Shown here: positions 20,431 through 29,761 of the stretch, in pieces
How the letters are laid out: every line of letters starts with the position of its first letter
Numbering within the stretch: the first letter of the stretch is position 1
Source of the DNA: a virus
Taxonomy: Duplodnaviria > Caudoviricetes
DNA: 64,000 nt
Strand: one strand, 5' to 3'
Virus record (IMG/VR): IMGVR_UViG_3300020151_001109
Location: 1-64,000 of that record
Program-made: the position numbers and the translations under genes
The notes under the pieces: model-generated
Database searches by the model: none
What the model was told of the DNA's origin: nothing
The model's input: only the letters and a program-made list of their open reading frames with translations

Positions 20431-20727
20431 ATGGCAAAATACGCACTATTATCTGACTCATACGTTGTAAACGTAGTGGTATCTGATACTGAGGATCAGA
20501 TTGGTATATTCGCTTCAATTTATGAAGTTGTAGATATTACTAATCTTAATCCTCAGCCAGGTACCGGTTGGACTCGTGAGAATGGGGTTTGGTATCCGCC
20601 AAACCTTTCTCCCGAGGCAAAACTTATCTGGACAAATCAAGGATTTGTTGGAGAAGTTGAAGAGATTATTGAAGCAGAACTTGTTGAAGAAGAGTCTTCA
20701 GAAGCATCATCTAAGAAAGGTAAGTAA
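20431..20727 (+). CDS. Probable fibre assembly chaperone
   Basis: KYALL...VVNVVV...PGTGWT..NG.W.PP pattern typical of genes following glycine-rich fibres. Confidence 0.55.
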   Translation: MAKYALLSDSYVVNVVVSDTEDQIGIFASIYEVVDITNLNPQPGTGWTRENGVWYPPNLSPEAKLIWTNQGFVGEVEEIIEAELVEEESSEASSKKGK

Positions 20728-20729
20728 TA

Positions 20730-21110
20730 ATGGCCATTACATCCTCGCCAACCATACTGTCGGAGTCAGTAGACGCCTACATTAATGCTGGCAACACTAC
20801 CCGCTTGCAGACTATTACGGGTTCAACTGGAGCCATTAACATCTCCGTAACTAATGGTGCAGTTGCTCGCATGAGCTCACTAGCTGGAAACACTACAGTT
20901 ACTTTTACAAACCTCCCAAGCGGATACGCTAATCAGTGGCTTGTTGAAGTAGTTAGCCGTGGCGCTAATACCGTCACATTCTCTGGAGTTACATGGGATG
21001 GCGGCTCAGCCCCAACTATCGTAGCCTCTGGCAAGACTGTTCTAAAGTTCTACTCTACCGACGGTGGCACAACCATCTACGGCGCAGTAGAGTTTGCTAA
21101 CATCGCTTAA
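20730..21110 (+). CDS. Small virion protein
   Basis: VTW.GG.APT....GK..L.FYSTDGGTT.YG fibre-tip-type motif. Confidence 0.65.
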   Translation: MAITSSPTILSESVDAYINAGNTTRLQTITGSTGAINISVTNGAVARMSSLAGNTTVTFTNLPSGYANQWLVEVVSRGANTVTFSGVTWDGGSAPTIVASGKTVLKFYSTDGGTTIYGAVEFANIA

Positions 21111-21121
21111 TTTTAAAGATT

Positions 21122-21162
21122 AGCTCCCCATCGTCCCCCGGGATTGGTGGGGCTTTTCTTTT
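21122..21162 (+). terminator. Intrinsic terminator with C-rich loop
   Basis: AGCTCCCCA/TGGTGGGGCT stem, loop containing CGUCCCCC, then TTTTCTTTT. Confidence 0.6.
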
Positions 21163-21176
21163 GCTACACTATTAAC

Positions 21177-22229
21177 ATGAAAGTTGCCGTCTACGCTATT
21201 GCCCTTAATGAGGAGCAATTTGTCCAACGATGGTATCACTCGGCAAAAGAAGCAGACTTACTGCTGATTGCTGATACCGGATCTACTGACAAAACAGTAG
21301 AACTAGCAAAATCTTTTGGAATTGAAACGCACGTTATTTCAGTACAACCTTGGAGGTTTGACGATGCTCGTAATGCTAGCCTCGCTCTTATCCCTAGGGA
21401 TATTGATTACTGTATTGCTTTGGATCTCGACGAAGTTTTAGTTCCTGGGTGGAGAAAACATTTAGAGGTGGCTTACACCAATAAATGGACTAGGCCACAA
21501 TATATGTTTACAACAAGTTGGAATCCGGATGGATCCCCTGGTATGCAGTTTAGTGGGATTAGAATCCACGCTAGAGAAGGATATCGCTGGCAGTATCCTA
21601 TTCACGAAGTACCAAGCCCATATCGAATCCCTGAAACTCGTGGGTGGATAGATCTGCAAATAGAGCATCACCCAGATGAAACAAAGTCCAGAGGTGAGTA
21701 CTTAACGCTACTTGAAGAGGCTGCTAAGGAAAACCCACTAGATGATCGTTGCACTTTTTACTATGGCAGAGAACTTTACTTTTGGCGTAGATATCCAGAA
21801 GCTGCCGTACAGTTTAAAAAGCATTTAAAATTAGAGTCTGCAAAATGGCGTCCTGAAAGAGCGTCGTCTTACAGATACTTAGCTGAGTGTGAACCTAGCA
21901 ATGCAGAGTTTTGGCTTAAGAAGTCTTATCTTGAAGACCCTTCAAGAAGAGAGGCTTCTGTAAAGCTAGCTCAGCACTATTACGATCTTTCTAAGTGGAA
22001 AGAAACAGCTGAGTGGGCTACTAAAGCTTTAGAAATTGAGACAAAACCGCTTGATTATTTTTGCGAACCGTGGGCTTGGGGACCACTTCCTCATGACCTA
22101 CTAGCGTTAGCAAGTTATAACCTAAAAGACTACGAAACTGCGGCCCTACACGGGCAAATTGCTCTTAGTTTAGACCCCTCTAATGAGCGATATCAAGTTA
22201 ATATGGGGTACTACCTTAGCCACATCTAA
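21177..22229 (+). CDS. Family 2 glycosyltransferase with TPR repeats
   Basis: AIALNEEQF, ADTGSTD.T, FDDARN, LDLDE (DxD) and IHE motifs plus a TPR-like C-terminus; leaderless after TGCTACACT. Confidence 0.88.
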   Translation: MKVAVYAIALNEEQFVQRWYHSAKEADLLLIADTGSTDKTVELAKSFGIETHVISVQPWRFDDARNASLALIPRDIDYCIALDLDEVLVPGWRKHLEVAYTNKWTRPQYMFTTSWNPDGSPGMQFSGIRIHAREGYRWQYPIHEVPSPYRIPETRGWIDLQIEHHPDETKSRGEYLTLLEEAAKENPLDDRCTFYYGRELYFWRRYPEAAVQFKKHLKLESAKWRPERASSYRYLAECEPSNAEFWLKKSYLEDPSRREASVKLAQHYYDLSKWKETAEWATKALEIETKPLDYFCEPWAWGPLPHDLLALASYNLKDYETAALHGQIALSLDPSNERYQVNMGYYLSHI

Positions 22230-22243
22230 TTACAGGGAGCACA

Positions 22244-22588
22244 ATGCCTACAAATTATCTCATTCTTGGACAGGCTACACCATCCGGTTCAAACCTAGAT
22301 CTATACTCTAGCCCTGCAGCTACCCAAACTATTGTTTCAACTATCGCGGTAGCGAATGTGACCCCGACTTTAGCAACTGCGACTATCTATGTTCGCAAAG
22401 CTACGGGTACGACACCAGCTGTAGCTAGCACGGGAAATGCACTAGCTTTAACTGTACCTATTGCAGGTAACACAACACAAACATTTACTCTTGGAATAAC
22501 CTTAGCCCCGTATGACACAATTACTGTGGCTACAGGCACGTCTTCATCCGTTACCTTTCACGCGTTTGGGAGTCAAATAACAGCATGA
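22244..22588 (+). CDS. Small beta-sandwich virion protein
   Basis: YLILGQ..P...LY..P..TQTIVSTI.V.N...TLGITL...D.I...F.AFGS pattern; SD GGGAG. Confidence 0.7.
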   Translation: MPTNYLILGQATPSGSNLDLYSSPAATQTIVSTIAVANVTPTLATATIYVRKATGTTPAVASTGNALALTVPIAGNTTQTFTLGITLAPYDTITVATGTSSSVTFHAFGSQITA

Positions 22589-22776
22589 CACGTAAAGAAT
22601 TTCCTGAAAAACTTGAAACTATATCTTCTACAACTAACCTAGTTGTAGGCCCTGCCACAAAAGTAGTCTCACCAACAACAGTCACTACCGGGGCCCTTAG
22701 AAATGTTTTTGCATCTACTGCTGCGCCCACAGGTACTGATGGTGCTGATGGGGACATCTGGTTTAAGTACGCGTAG
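22585..22776 (+). CDS. Small virion protein
   Basis: ATGA coupling; RN...ST.AP...G.DGDIW.KY motif. Confidence 0.65.
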   Translation: MTRKEFPEKLETISSTTNLVVGPATKVVSPTTVTTGALRNVFASTAAPTGTDGADGDIWFKYA

Positions 22777-22779
22777 ACC

Positions 22780-24621
22780 ATGGCCAAGTACGTAAAAGTA
22801 GGCGGTACATGGAGAACCGTATCCCCCGATAATGATTCCGTACAGACTGCCTACGTAAAAGTAGGCGGAACCTGGCTAGGAGTAACTAACGCCTACGTAA
22901 AAGTTGCCGGTACTTGGCGATCAATATTTACCTATAGTGCTTTTATTGTTCCAAACGTTGTTGGTCAAGTTTTAGCTACAGGTAGGGCAAACATAACTAA
23001 CTCCGGAAATACGCCTGGAACTAATACAATACTTAATAATGCTAATGGCGCTACCCCAGCAAATAACGGAAACATTGCTACACAGAGCGTTGCTCCAGGA
23101 ACTTACCTATCAGCTCAAACTGTAAACCTTAGTTATTACGTATTTGCATTTATTACCGTCCCAAATATTGTGGGTCAAACTGAAGCAACCGCAAACTCTT
23201 TAATTACTACCAATGGAAATACAGTAGGTTCGGTTTTAAGAAGTGCGTCTGGGGCAACCGCTAATAATCACAATACGGTTGCAAGTCAGACAATACCAGC
23301 TGCAAATAACTACACTACTGCTCAAACTGTTGGCTATACTCTTTATAATTATACTGTACCTACTCCAAGCGCACCCTCAGTTACCCTTATTTCTAAATCA
23401 ACAAATCAATTTGTTTTTTCAACTACCTTTGGGGCCAATACAACAAGCGCCCTAGCGTATTACGGACCTTCTGGACAGGGTAATCAGACTCTTTGGGGAA
23501 CTATAAATTCTAGCGGTGGAGTGGCAACAGTCACTGGTTTGACTCCAGGACAGACCTACTCGTTTATGTCTTATCCCGTAAACACGCAGACCGTAAATAC
23601 TCTTGGAAGCGTACAACAGGGTGGTCTGCCATCATCACAAGGAAGCGTAACTCTTGATCAAGTTCTAGCACCTACTTCTGGTAGTGTGAGCCAAACTCCA
23701 TCTTCAGGCGGTATCAGCATTGGGTCTGGTATATCTGGTAGTACTTCTGGGTGGAATAATAATCCAACATCTGTTGAGTTGCAAGTTATTAGGGGTACTC
23801 CGGGTGTTGTTCAAAGCGAAACATTTAGAACTAGTTCCTCAGGAACTACTTCGGCATCAATAAATTACACCGTTCAGTCAGAAGACTATAATGCAGCAAA
23901 CCAAAGTAGGTATTTTAGAGTCTTTGCTAGGGCATCTAATGCTGGTGGAACATCTGCGTGGATCAGCACAGGCGTAGACATTGGGCCGGTAAGTGCTCCC
24001 GGACCTACAGCACCTAATGCTCCAGGATCTGTAAATGGTCTCGACGATCTTTCTCCAACTGGCGGTACATTTAGGTGGAGTGCTGGAAGTGGTGGCTCTG
24101 GAAGCCTATCTTACTTAATTGACATTTTTAATACCAGTGGGTCTGTAGTAAGGTCTGCTGGAACTGGAGATTTGAGTTACCAATACAGGGTAGCTGGAAC
24201 TTTTTATGCCCGTGTTGCTACTTTTGATCTTAATACTGGATTAACCTCTAGCTACACTCAATCCCCTACGGTTACATTTACGGGAACAGCGCCGGTTACC
24301 GCCCCAACAGCTTCGGCTTCTAATGACTATGTAGAGGGTAGCAGTCCAAGTCAATGGATATTAAGCATTACTCATACGGGTGGAAGTGTACCCACAAGTT
24401 ACAGTTGTTTTATTGAATTTGCTAATAGCAGCAGTGGGCCAACTCTATCCACTTCGGCAAAAATTACCGGAACCTGGACAGCTGGGGCTAATGGCACACA
24501 AACTGTATCAAGAACTAGTGGCACCTACTCTTGGGCTAGATGGAGTAATGTTTACGTACAAAATTCAGCTACGTCAGGTGACGGCTCAAATGCTAGCGGG
24601 TCGCCGACCCCATATCTATAG
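22780..24621 (+). CDS. Fibre protein with two PASTA-like and FN3-like domains
   Basis: Three YVKV.GTW repeats; IVPNVVGQ and TVPNIVGQ...A...I...G PASTA patterns; VTGLTPGQTYSF FN3 pattern. Confidence 0.7.
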   Translation: MAKYVKVGGTWRTVSPDNDSVQTAYVKVGGTWLGVTNAYVKVAGTWRSIFTYSAFIVPNVVGQVLATGRANITNSGNTPGTNTILNNANGATPANNGNIATQSVAPGTYLSAQTVNLSYYVFAFITVPNIVGQTEATANSLITTNGNTVGSVLRSASGATANNHNTVASQTIPAANNYTTAQTVGYTLYNYTVPTPSAPSVTLISKSTNQFVFSTTFGANTTSALAYYGPSGQGNQTLWGTINSSGGVATVTGLTPGQTYSFMSYPVNTQTVNTLGSVQQGGLPSSQGSVTLDQVLAPTSGSVSQTPSSGGISIGSGISGSTSGWNNNPTSVELQVIRGTPGVVQSETFRTSSSGTTSASINYTVQSEDYNAANQSRYFRVFARASNAGGTSAWISTGVDIGPVSAPGPTAPNAPGSVNGLDDLSPTGGTFRWSAGSGGSGSLSYLIDIFNTSGSVVRSAGTGDLSYQYRVAGTFYARVATFDLNTGLTSSYTQSPTVTFTGTAPVTAPTASASNDYVEGSSPSQWILSITHTGGSVPTSYSCFIEFANSSSGPTLSTSAKITGTWTAGANGTQTVSRTSGTYSWARWSNVYVQNSATSGDGSNASGSPTPYL

Positions 24622-24634
24622 GAGATATATATAT

Positions 24635-25225
24635 ATGCGCGGAGAACAACGTCAAGGACGCTTTGATGTTCCTAATGAACGTAAGTCTATAATCTCTGGT
24701 ATTACCAAAGAGATAGTTCGCACTGTTGGAAACGACATCGAGTGGTGGACCTATGACGAACCTAGCACTGTAGTTGATGCAATCTACGATGTGGGTAGCT
24801 CAAATCCAAGTACTGGTGGACGCCGTTGGCACGGACCCCTCCTTATCCCTTGCATTAATGCTGTTATCTATCAGGGCGTGACTATGCAAAGTGACCGCGG
24901 TTTCTATAACGTGGACGTTTTAAGAGTGACCTTTAATATGGATATTGTTGAGCGCAGCACAGATCTTTACGGGTCAAGCAGCCTTACTTCCGCCCACTTT
25001 AAAACTCTCGTGGACAACCCAGATGAATTTTTAAGGGACCGTTTAGTGTTTAGAAACGAAGTTTTTACCCCTACCAAAATGTCTCCTAGAGGATTAATGA
25101 ATAACAAGTACACCGTATTCTCTCTAGACTGTAATCAGGTAAATGCTGAAGAACTAGTAAATGACCCTCAATTTTCTCGATACGCTTCTTACGACCCATT
25201 TAATGAGGTACCTCCAAATGCCTAG
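24635..25225 (+). CDS. Probable head-closure/neck protein
   Basis: ATG at 24635 after AGGAG; position before the tail completion and sheath genes. Confidence 0.55.
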   Translation: MRGEQRQGRFDVPNERKSIISGITKEIVRTVGNDIEWWTYDEPSTVVDAIYDVGSSNPSTGGRRWHGPLLIPCINAVIYQGVTMQSDRGFYNVDVLRVTFNMDIVERSTDLYGSSSLTSAHFKTLVDNPDEFLRDRLVFRNEVFTPTKMSPRGLMNNKYTVFSLDCNQVNAEELVNDPQFSRYASYDPFNEVPPNA

Positions 25226-25484
25226 TAACGTAAACCCTAAAGGACCTAAAGCTATAGGGCCTGCAAAGGCAACCTCAGCTAAGGTGGTAAAAGCTGGTTT
25301 TAAGTCTGCTGAATCCTGGTCAAAAAAGTCCTCAGGAAAGTGGAAAGGCGGGCAAGCTAGGACCCTTTCCCCAGGATCTACGGGAGCCATAACTAAGCGC
25401 CTTAGTAGCAATAAGTACAAAGCTCTAGGAAAGAAAGTAATCCGCCCTAGAATACGTAAACAGTTTAGGCCTAAAGAAAAATAG
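25218..25484 (+). CDS. Very basic small protein
   Basis: ATG at 25218 after GAGG; Lys/Arg-rich. Confidence 0.6.
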   Translation: MPSNVNPKGPKAIGPAKATSAKVVKAGFKSAESWSKKSSGKWKGGQARTLSPGSTGAITKRLSSNKYKALGKKVIRPRIRKQFRPKEK

Positions 25485-25489
25485 TTTCA

Positions 25490-25524
25490 CTTAGGGCCTC
25501 TTTTAAACGGCTTTGCCTTATCCT
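25490..25524 (+). promoter_or_regulatory. Putative late promoter (CTTAGG-N23-TATCCT)
   Basis: Same spacing as the other members of the motif. Confidence 0.5.
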
Positions 25525-25587
25525 TAGAACGACGCCCGGGAAACTGGGAACCCTGCTGCTATACCTTGCACCTCATATGGAGGAACT

Positions 25588-25749
25588 ATGATCTTTTTAG
25601 TCAATCGGCTAAACCGTGCTGAAACGGAAGCTGATAAAGAAGAGTTTGTTCGAGGAATCGTTGGCCTTAATAAAGGCGGCGAACGTAAAGCTGCGGCGGG
25701 TTTTATAGCTGGGTATTTACTCTCGAAAGCCCTTCGTAAAAATGGCTAG
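25588..25749 (+). CDS. Small hypothetical protein (53 aa, not in ORF track)
   Basis: GGAGG SD; MIFLVNRLNRAETEADKEEFVRG...AAAGFIAGYLLSKALRKNG. Confidence 0.7.
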   Translation: MIFLVNRLNRAETEADKEEFVRGIVGLNKGGERKAAAGFIAGYLLSKALRKNG

Positions 25750-26020
25750 TCTAACTACATTCCTAAAGAGCATCGTTTACAAGGCATTAGTAGCCTCTGC
25801 TGAAAAGCATACCCTTACTTTGCAATATGAAGCACTACTTGCTGGCTGGCCAGAAGACATTGCCACAAAGCTTGAGGTACTTGCGACTCCTAGGGGAACT
25901 CTAAAAGTCTCTTACCCTAAAAACCTTGAGAATAAAATATTAGGTTTTGAGTACGGGGGCGAAGATACTCCGCCATCCCCAGTAATGCGAAATTACATGA
26001 CTAAAATTGGGGTGAACTAA
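25742..26020 (+). CDS. Probable neck/tail completion protein
   Basis: EYG....PP.PVMR motif; position. Confidence 0.55.
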   Translation: MASLTTFLKSIVYKALVASAEKHTLTLQYEALLAGWPEDIATKLEVLATPRGTLKVSYPKNLENKILGFEYGGEDTPPSPVMRNYMTKIGVN

Positions 26021-26649
26021 TGCCGTTTATCCTCAATGAAGAAAAGGCTCTTAAGAGCTTGCTATCCGGCATAACCGTATCTGATGCGGGAAACCAAGCA
26101 CGTCCTGTAGGAGTTTTCTACGGACAGCCGGACAAAGAAATCCGTCAACAGGCGTATCCTTATATGACTATTGACCTAATTAATATTTCAGAAGCAACTG
26201 AGCGCGTCCAGTCTGGCATCGTGACCGTTCCCTACCAACCAGAAGGTTGGGATGGAAACACAAGCCGAGACACGTTCTACCCTATGCCTATAAATCTTGA
26301 TTATCAAATATCAACTTTTTCCCGGCAACCTCGGCATGACCGACAAATTTTAGGCAGCTTATTTTCTATAGGCCGCTTACCAGTTAGATTTGGATCTATC
26401 TACGTACCGGAAGACAACACTTGGCGTCGACTAGACATGTTAGGTTTTTCCAAGAGAGACAGCACTGAGTCTGAAAAACGGCTCTTTATGAATGTCTACT
26501 CAATTAGAATTAGTTCTGAACTATTTAGAACTGGTTTTGAAAGAACAGGGGTTCCGGTTACTCGTAGAAATATTAGTATCCGTGGCACTGATCAATCAAA
26601 TGTATCAATATATGAACTGTTGCAACTACAACAAGCACTACCCGCATAA
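26020..26649 (+). CDS. Tail terminator/sheath-capping protein
   Basis: YPYMTIDL and P.PINLDYQI motifs; immediately precedes the sheath gene. Confidence 0.6.
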   Translation: MPFILNEEKALKSLLSGITVSDAGNQARPVGVFYGQPDKEIRQQAYPYMTIDLINISEATERVQSGIVTVPYQPEGWDGNTSRDTFYPMPINLDYQISTFSRQPRHDRQILGSLFSIGRLPVRFGSIYVPEDNTWRRLDMLGFSKRDSTESEKRLFMNVYSIRISSELFRTGFERTGVPVTRRNISIRGTDQSNVSIYELLQLQQALPA

Positions 26650-26696
26650 TAATCGGTCCCCCATGAAAACAACCAACCTATTAAGGAGAAAACCTA

Positions 26697-28274
26697 ATGT
26701 CTACGTTTAACAGACCGGGCGTATTTATTCAAGAAGTGGAGCTTCCACAAACCATAGAACTTAACGAAAGCGGCAACGCAATTGGAGTTTTTGTTGGTGC
26801 TCTTTCAAAGGGTCCAATAGCTGTTCCAGTGCTTCTTAGTTCTTGGACACAGTTCGTAAAAACCTTTGGTGCATTGGATGACGCCTACCCAACTACTTGG
26901 GCTGCCTATAACTTTTTTGCAAATGGCGGACGCCAGCTGTATATTAAGCGAGTCACTGGATCCGGCGCTGCCGCAGCATCAGTTACTCTTACAGATAGAT
27001 CCCAAGCGCAACTAAATACAATTTTAGTATCTGCAAATAACCCAGGAATTTGGGGAAACAGCCTTGCTGTTCAAGTTCGAGCTGCGGGAACCTCAACTCG
27101 TTTCGGTCTTGCAGTTTATGGCCCACCTACAATTGCTGGAAATGCCACATCTAACTTAATTGAACAATTTACAGATCTAAGCATGAACACTACAGATCCT
27201 CGTTACTTTGTTTCTGTTATTAACCCAAGCTCTTCAGTTATCTCTGTATCAGACCTTAACTCTGCATCTACAGCACCAGATGATATGCCTACTGTAGGAG
27301 CTACTTTGTATGCTCTAGGATCAACAACTGCAGGAGCTGACGGATCAGCACCAACACGTAACAATATTTCTACTGCATTGTCAACACTAGATCCAATTCA
27401 GAACCCATTAGTAATTAACGTACCAGCTATTGCGTACACCTACACAACTTCACTTACATCTACTGAACGTACTCTTGCAATAAATATGTCAGCTGATCTA
27501 GTGACATACTGTGAAGGACGTGGAGATTCATTTGCTGTTCTAGATACTCCAGCAGGACTTACTGTAGCTGAAGCACAGACATTTGTTGATGATGTGTCTA
27601 CTGCATTCGCTGCATCTTCAGCTGGTGGATGCGCAGCATTCTACTATCCTTGGGTTTTGATTCCAAACGCTTTGCGTTCCACACCTGGGGCTACTCGCCT
27701 ACAGGCTCCTGGTGCAGCAGTCGTAGGACAATACCTAGCAACTGATGCTTCTCGTGGAGTGTTTAAGACTCCTGCAGGACTAGGAAATCAAATTGCTCTA
27801 GCTGTTACAACAGAAAGACAATTTACAAACGCAGAGCTTGATGCAATCAATACATCTGCTAACCCAGTAAACGCAATTCGAGCAGTACCTGGAGCTGGAA
27901 TTGTAATTATGGGCGGCAGAACTCTAAATAATACCCCAGGAAATCGCTACATAAATGTTCGTAGATCTCTAAGCTACCTTAAGAAAGAGCTCACAGACCT
28001 AACTTCATTTGCAATTTTTGAAAACAACGATGCTAGATTGTGGTTGCGACTAAACGTCACGATCTCAAACTTCCTAGGATCATACTGGCAACAGGGTGGT
28101 TTGCGTGGAGCAACAACTACTGACGCCTTCTTTGTACGATGTGATGAGACTGTCAATAGCGAAGCGGACATTATGAATGGCCGTGTAAATATTGAAGTTG
28201 GAGTCGCTCTAGAATACCCAGCTGAGTTTGTTGTCATCAAACTTGGTCAAATTACCAGCAACGCTACGGCCTAA
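26697..28274 (+). CDS. Tail sheath protein
   Basis: RPGVFIQE, FFANGG, YYPW, RGVFKTPAG, RYINVRR, FENND and PAEFVVI motifs. Confidence 0.95.
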   Translation: MSTFNRPGVFIQEVELPQTIELNESGNAIGVFVGALSKGPIAVPVLLSSWTQFVKTFGALDDAYPTTWAAYNFFANGGRQLYIKRVTGSGAAAASVTLTDRSQAQLNTILVSANNPGIWGNSLAVQVRAAGTSTRFGLAVYGPPTIAGNATSNLIEQFTDLSMNTTDPRYFVSVINPSSSVISVSDLNSASTAPDDMPTVGATLYALGSTTAGADGSAPTRNNISTALSTLDPIQNPLVINVPAIAYTYTTSLTSTERTLAINMSADLVTYCEGRGDSFAVLDTPAGLTVAEAQTFVDDVSTAFAASSAGGCAAFYYPWVLIPNALRSTPGATRLQAPGAAVVGQYLATDASRGVFKTPAGLGNQIALAVTTERQFTNAELDAINTSANPVNAIRAVPGAGIVIMGGRTLNNTPGNRYINVRRSLSYLKKELTDLTSFAIFENNDARLWLRLNVTISNFLGSYWQQGGLRGATTTDAFFVRCDETVNSEADIMNGRVNIEVGVALEYPAEFVVIKLGQITSNATA

Positions 28275-28288
28275 GGAGATAAACAAAC

Positions 28289-28918
28289 ATGGCACTTTCA
28301 GTCGATAATATCAAGAGACAGTTAACTACTGATCCAGTACGTACGTTTAAGTTTTTAGTAACTTTTACGCCAAATACTGATGATTCAAAGTGGGACACAA
28401 CTGCTTGGAATAAGATGGGTTTTGTATCTGTTTCCGGTCTTAGTGTTTCAACAGAACCTATCGCATACCGTGAAGGCGGATACAACACAAACGTGCACCA
28501 GATTCCTGGTCAGTCTTCTTTCACACCAATTACCCTGTCACACGGCGTAATGCTTGGACAGAATCAAAACCAAAAATGGATGAAGCGTTTATTTGCAATG
28601 ATGACCCCACGCGCAACAGCTGGAGTCGGAGCAGATTTTCGTTGCACCCTTGACATCGCAGTTCTAAGCCACCCAAACCCAGCTGGATTTGACGTCGGCG
28701 GTAGCAACTCTGCTGGAAAGACAGCATTAACTGATGGCGGACAGCACACATCTATGCGTTTTAGAGTTTACAACGCTTGGATTGCTAACCTCGGTTACAG
28801 CAGCCTAGATGCAGGTCAGAGCACTTTGATGGTTGAGGAAATGACAATCGTTCACGAAGGCTTTGATGTTATACTAGCTGATAGCTTTGCCGCAACAGCC
28901 GGTCAATTTAGCGCATAA
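28289..28918 (+). CDS. Tail tube protein (T4 gp19-like)
   Basis: DPVRTFKF, GF..VSGL, YREGG, PG...F.PITL.HG and EEMTIVHEG motifs. Confidence 0.9.
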   Translation: MALSVDNIKRQLTTDPVRTFKFLVTFTPNTDDSKWDTTAWNKMGFVSVSGLSVSTEPIAYREGGYNTNVHQIPGQSSFTPITLSHGVMLGQNQNQKWMKRLFAMMTPRATAGVGADFRCTLDIAVLSHPNPAGFDVGGSNSAGKTALTDGGQHTSMRFRVYNAWIANLGYSSLDAGQSTLMVEEMTIVHEGFDVILADSFAATAGQFSA

Positions 28919-28942
28919 TTAAAAAAGAAATAGGTGCACAAA

Positions 28943-29761
28943 ATGGAAAATGAAACAATCGTAGTTGCAACGGATAACCCTGCTGCAGCCAACAAACTTG
29001 TAGAAGACGCTCTTAACTCTGCGGAAGCAGCGCAGCTGGAGAAAGCTCCAGTTGCGTTGCCCCCAGATGGAGAAGTTATTCTACCCGGTGGTCTATATGA
29101 CCCATTTGAAGGGTCAATCTCAACAGCGGTTGTCAGAGAACTAACTGGCTCCGATGAGGAAGTAATCGCCAGGATCTCAGATCCTGGAAAGTCGCTTCTC
29201 ACTATTCTTGAACGAGCAGTAATTAAGATTGGTGACGAAGATGCTACAAAGGAAACACTAGATCAACTTCTAGCTGGGGATAGAGAAATGCTTCTCTTGG
29301 CTATTAGAAAGATTACGTTTGGTGAAGAAGTAACTGTTGGTCCCGGCCTATGCCCTACTTGCCAGGAAGAACAGACCGTTACTATCCACTTAACTAACGA
29401 CGTTGAGATTAAGACTCTTGACGAAAAAGACCGAGTTTTTACTGTGAAGTGTAAAGTGGGGGTTGTTGAGGCTACTCTGCCTAGCGGAGCAGTTCAAAAG
29501 ACTCTTGTAAACTCTTCAAATAAAAACTCAGCTGAGCTAGACACCCTTCTACTACAGGGTTGCATAGTCAGCATTAATGGTTTGCCGATAACTAATCCGC
29601 AGATTGTTAAAGACCTAAGCATTAAAGATCGCAGAGATATACTCAAGGCAATAACAGACCGCAATCCTGGTCCACAACTCGGTGCAATTAAGAAAGCTTG
29701 TCAGTCTTGTGGTTCGGAGGTACCACTTCCGCTAACTTTAGCGGAACTATTTCAAGAGTGA
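28943..29761 (+). CDS. Tail/baseplate-hub assembly chaperone (T4 gp26-like)
   Basis: VRELTG.DEE and GDR..LLLAIR.ITFG motifs, two CxxC; lies between tube and tape measure. Confidence 0.7.
   Translation: MENETIVVATDNPAAANKLVEDALNSAEAAQLEKAPVALPPDGEVILPGGLYDPFEGSISTAVVRELTGSDEEVIARISDPGKSLLTILERAVIKIGDEDATKETLDQLLAGDREMLLLAIRKITFGEEVTVGPGLCPTCQEEQTVTIHLTNDVEIKTLDEKDRVFTVKCKVGVVEATLPSGAVQKTLVNSSNKNSAELDTLLLQGCIVSINGLPITNPQIVKDLSIKDRRDILKAITDRNPGPQLGAIKKACQSCGSEVPLPLTLAELFQE

Noticed and set aside
24380-24634. Long N-terminal extensions given by the ORF track (also 21144, 25161, 46396, 52915, 58404)
   Set aside because: They overlap upstream genes or hairpins; downstream starts have a better SD or leaderless context.
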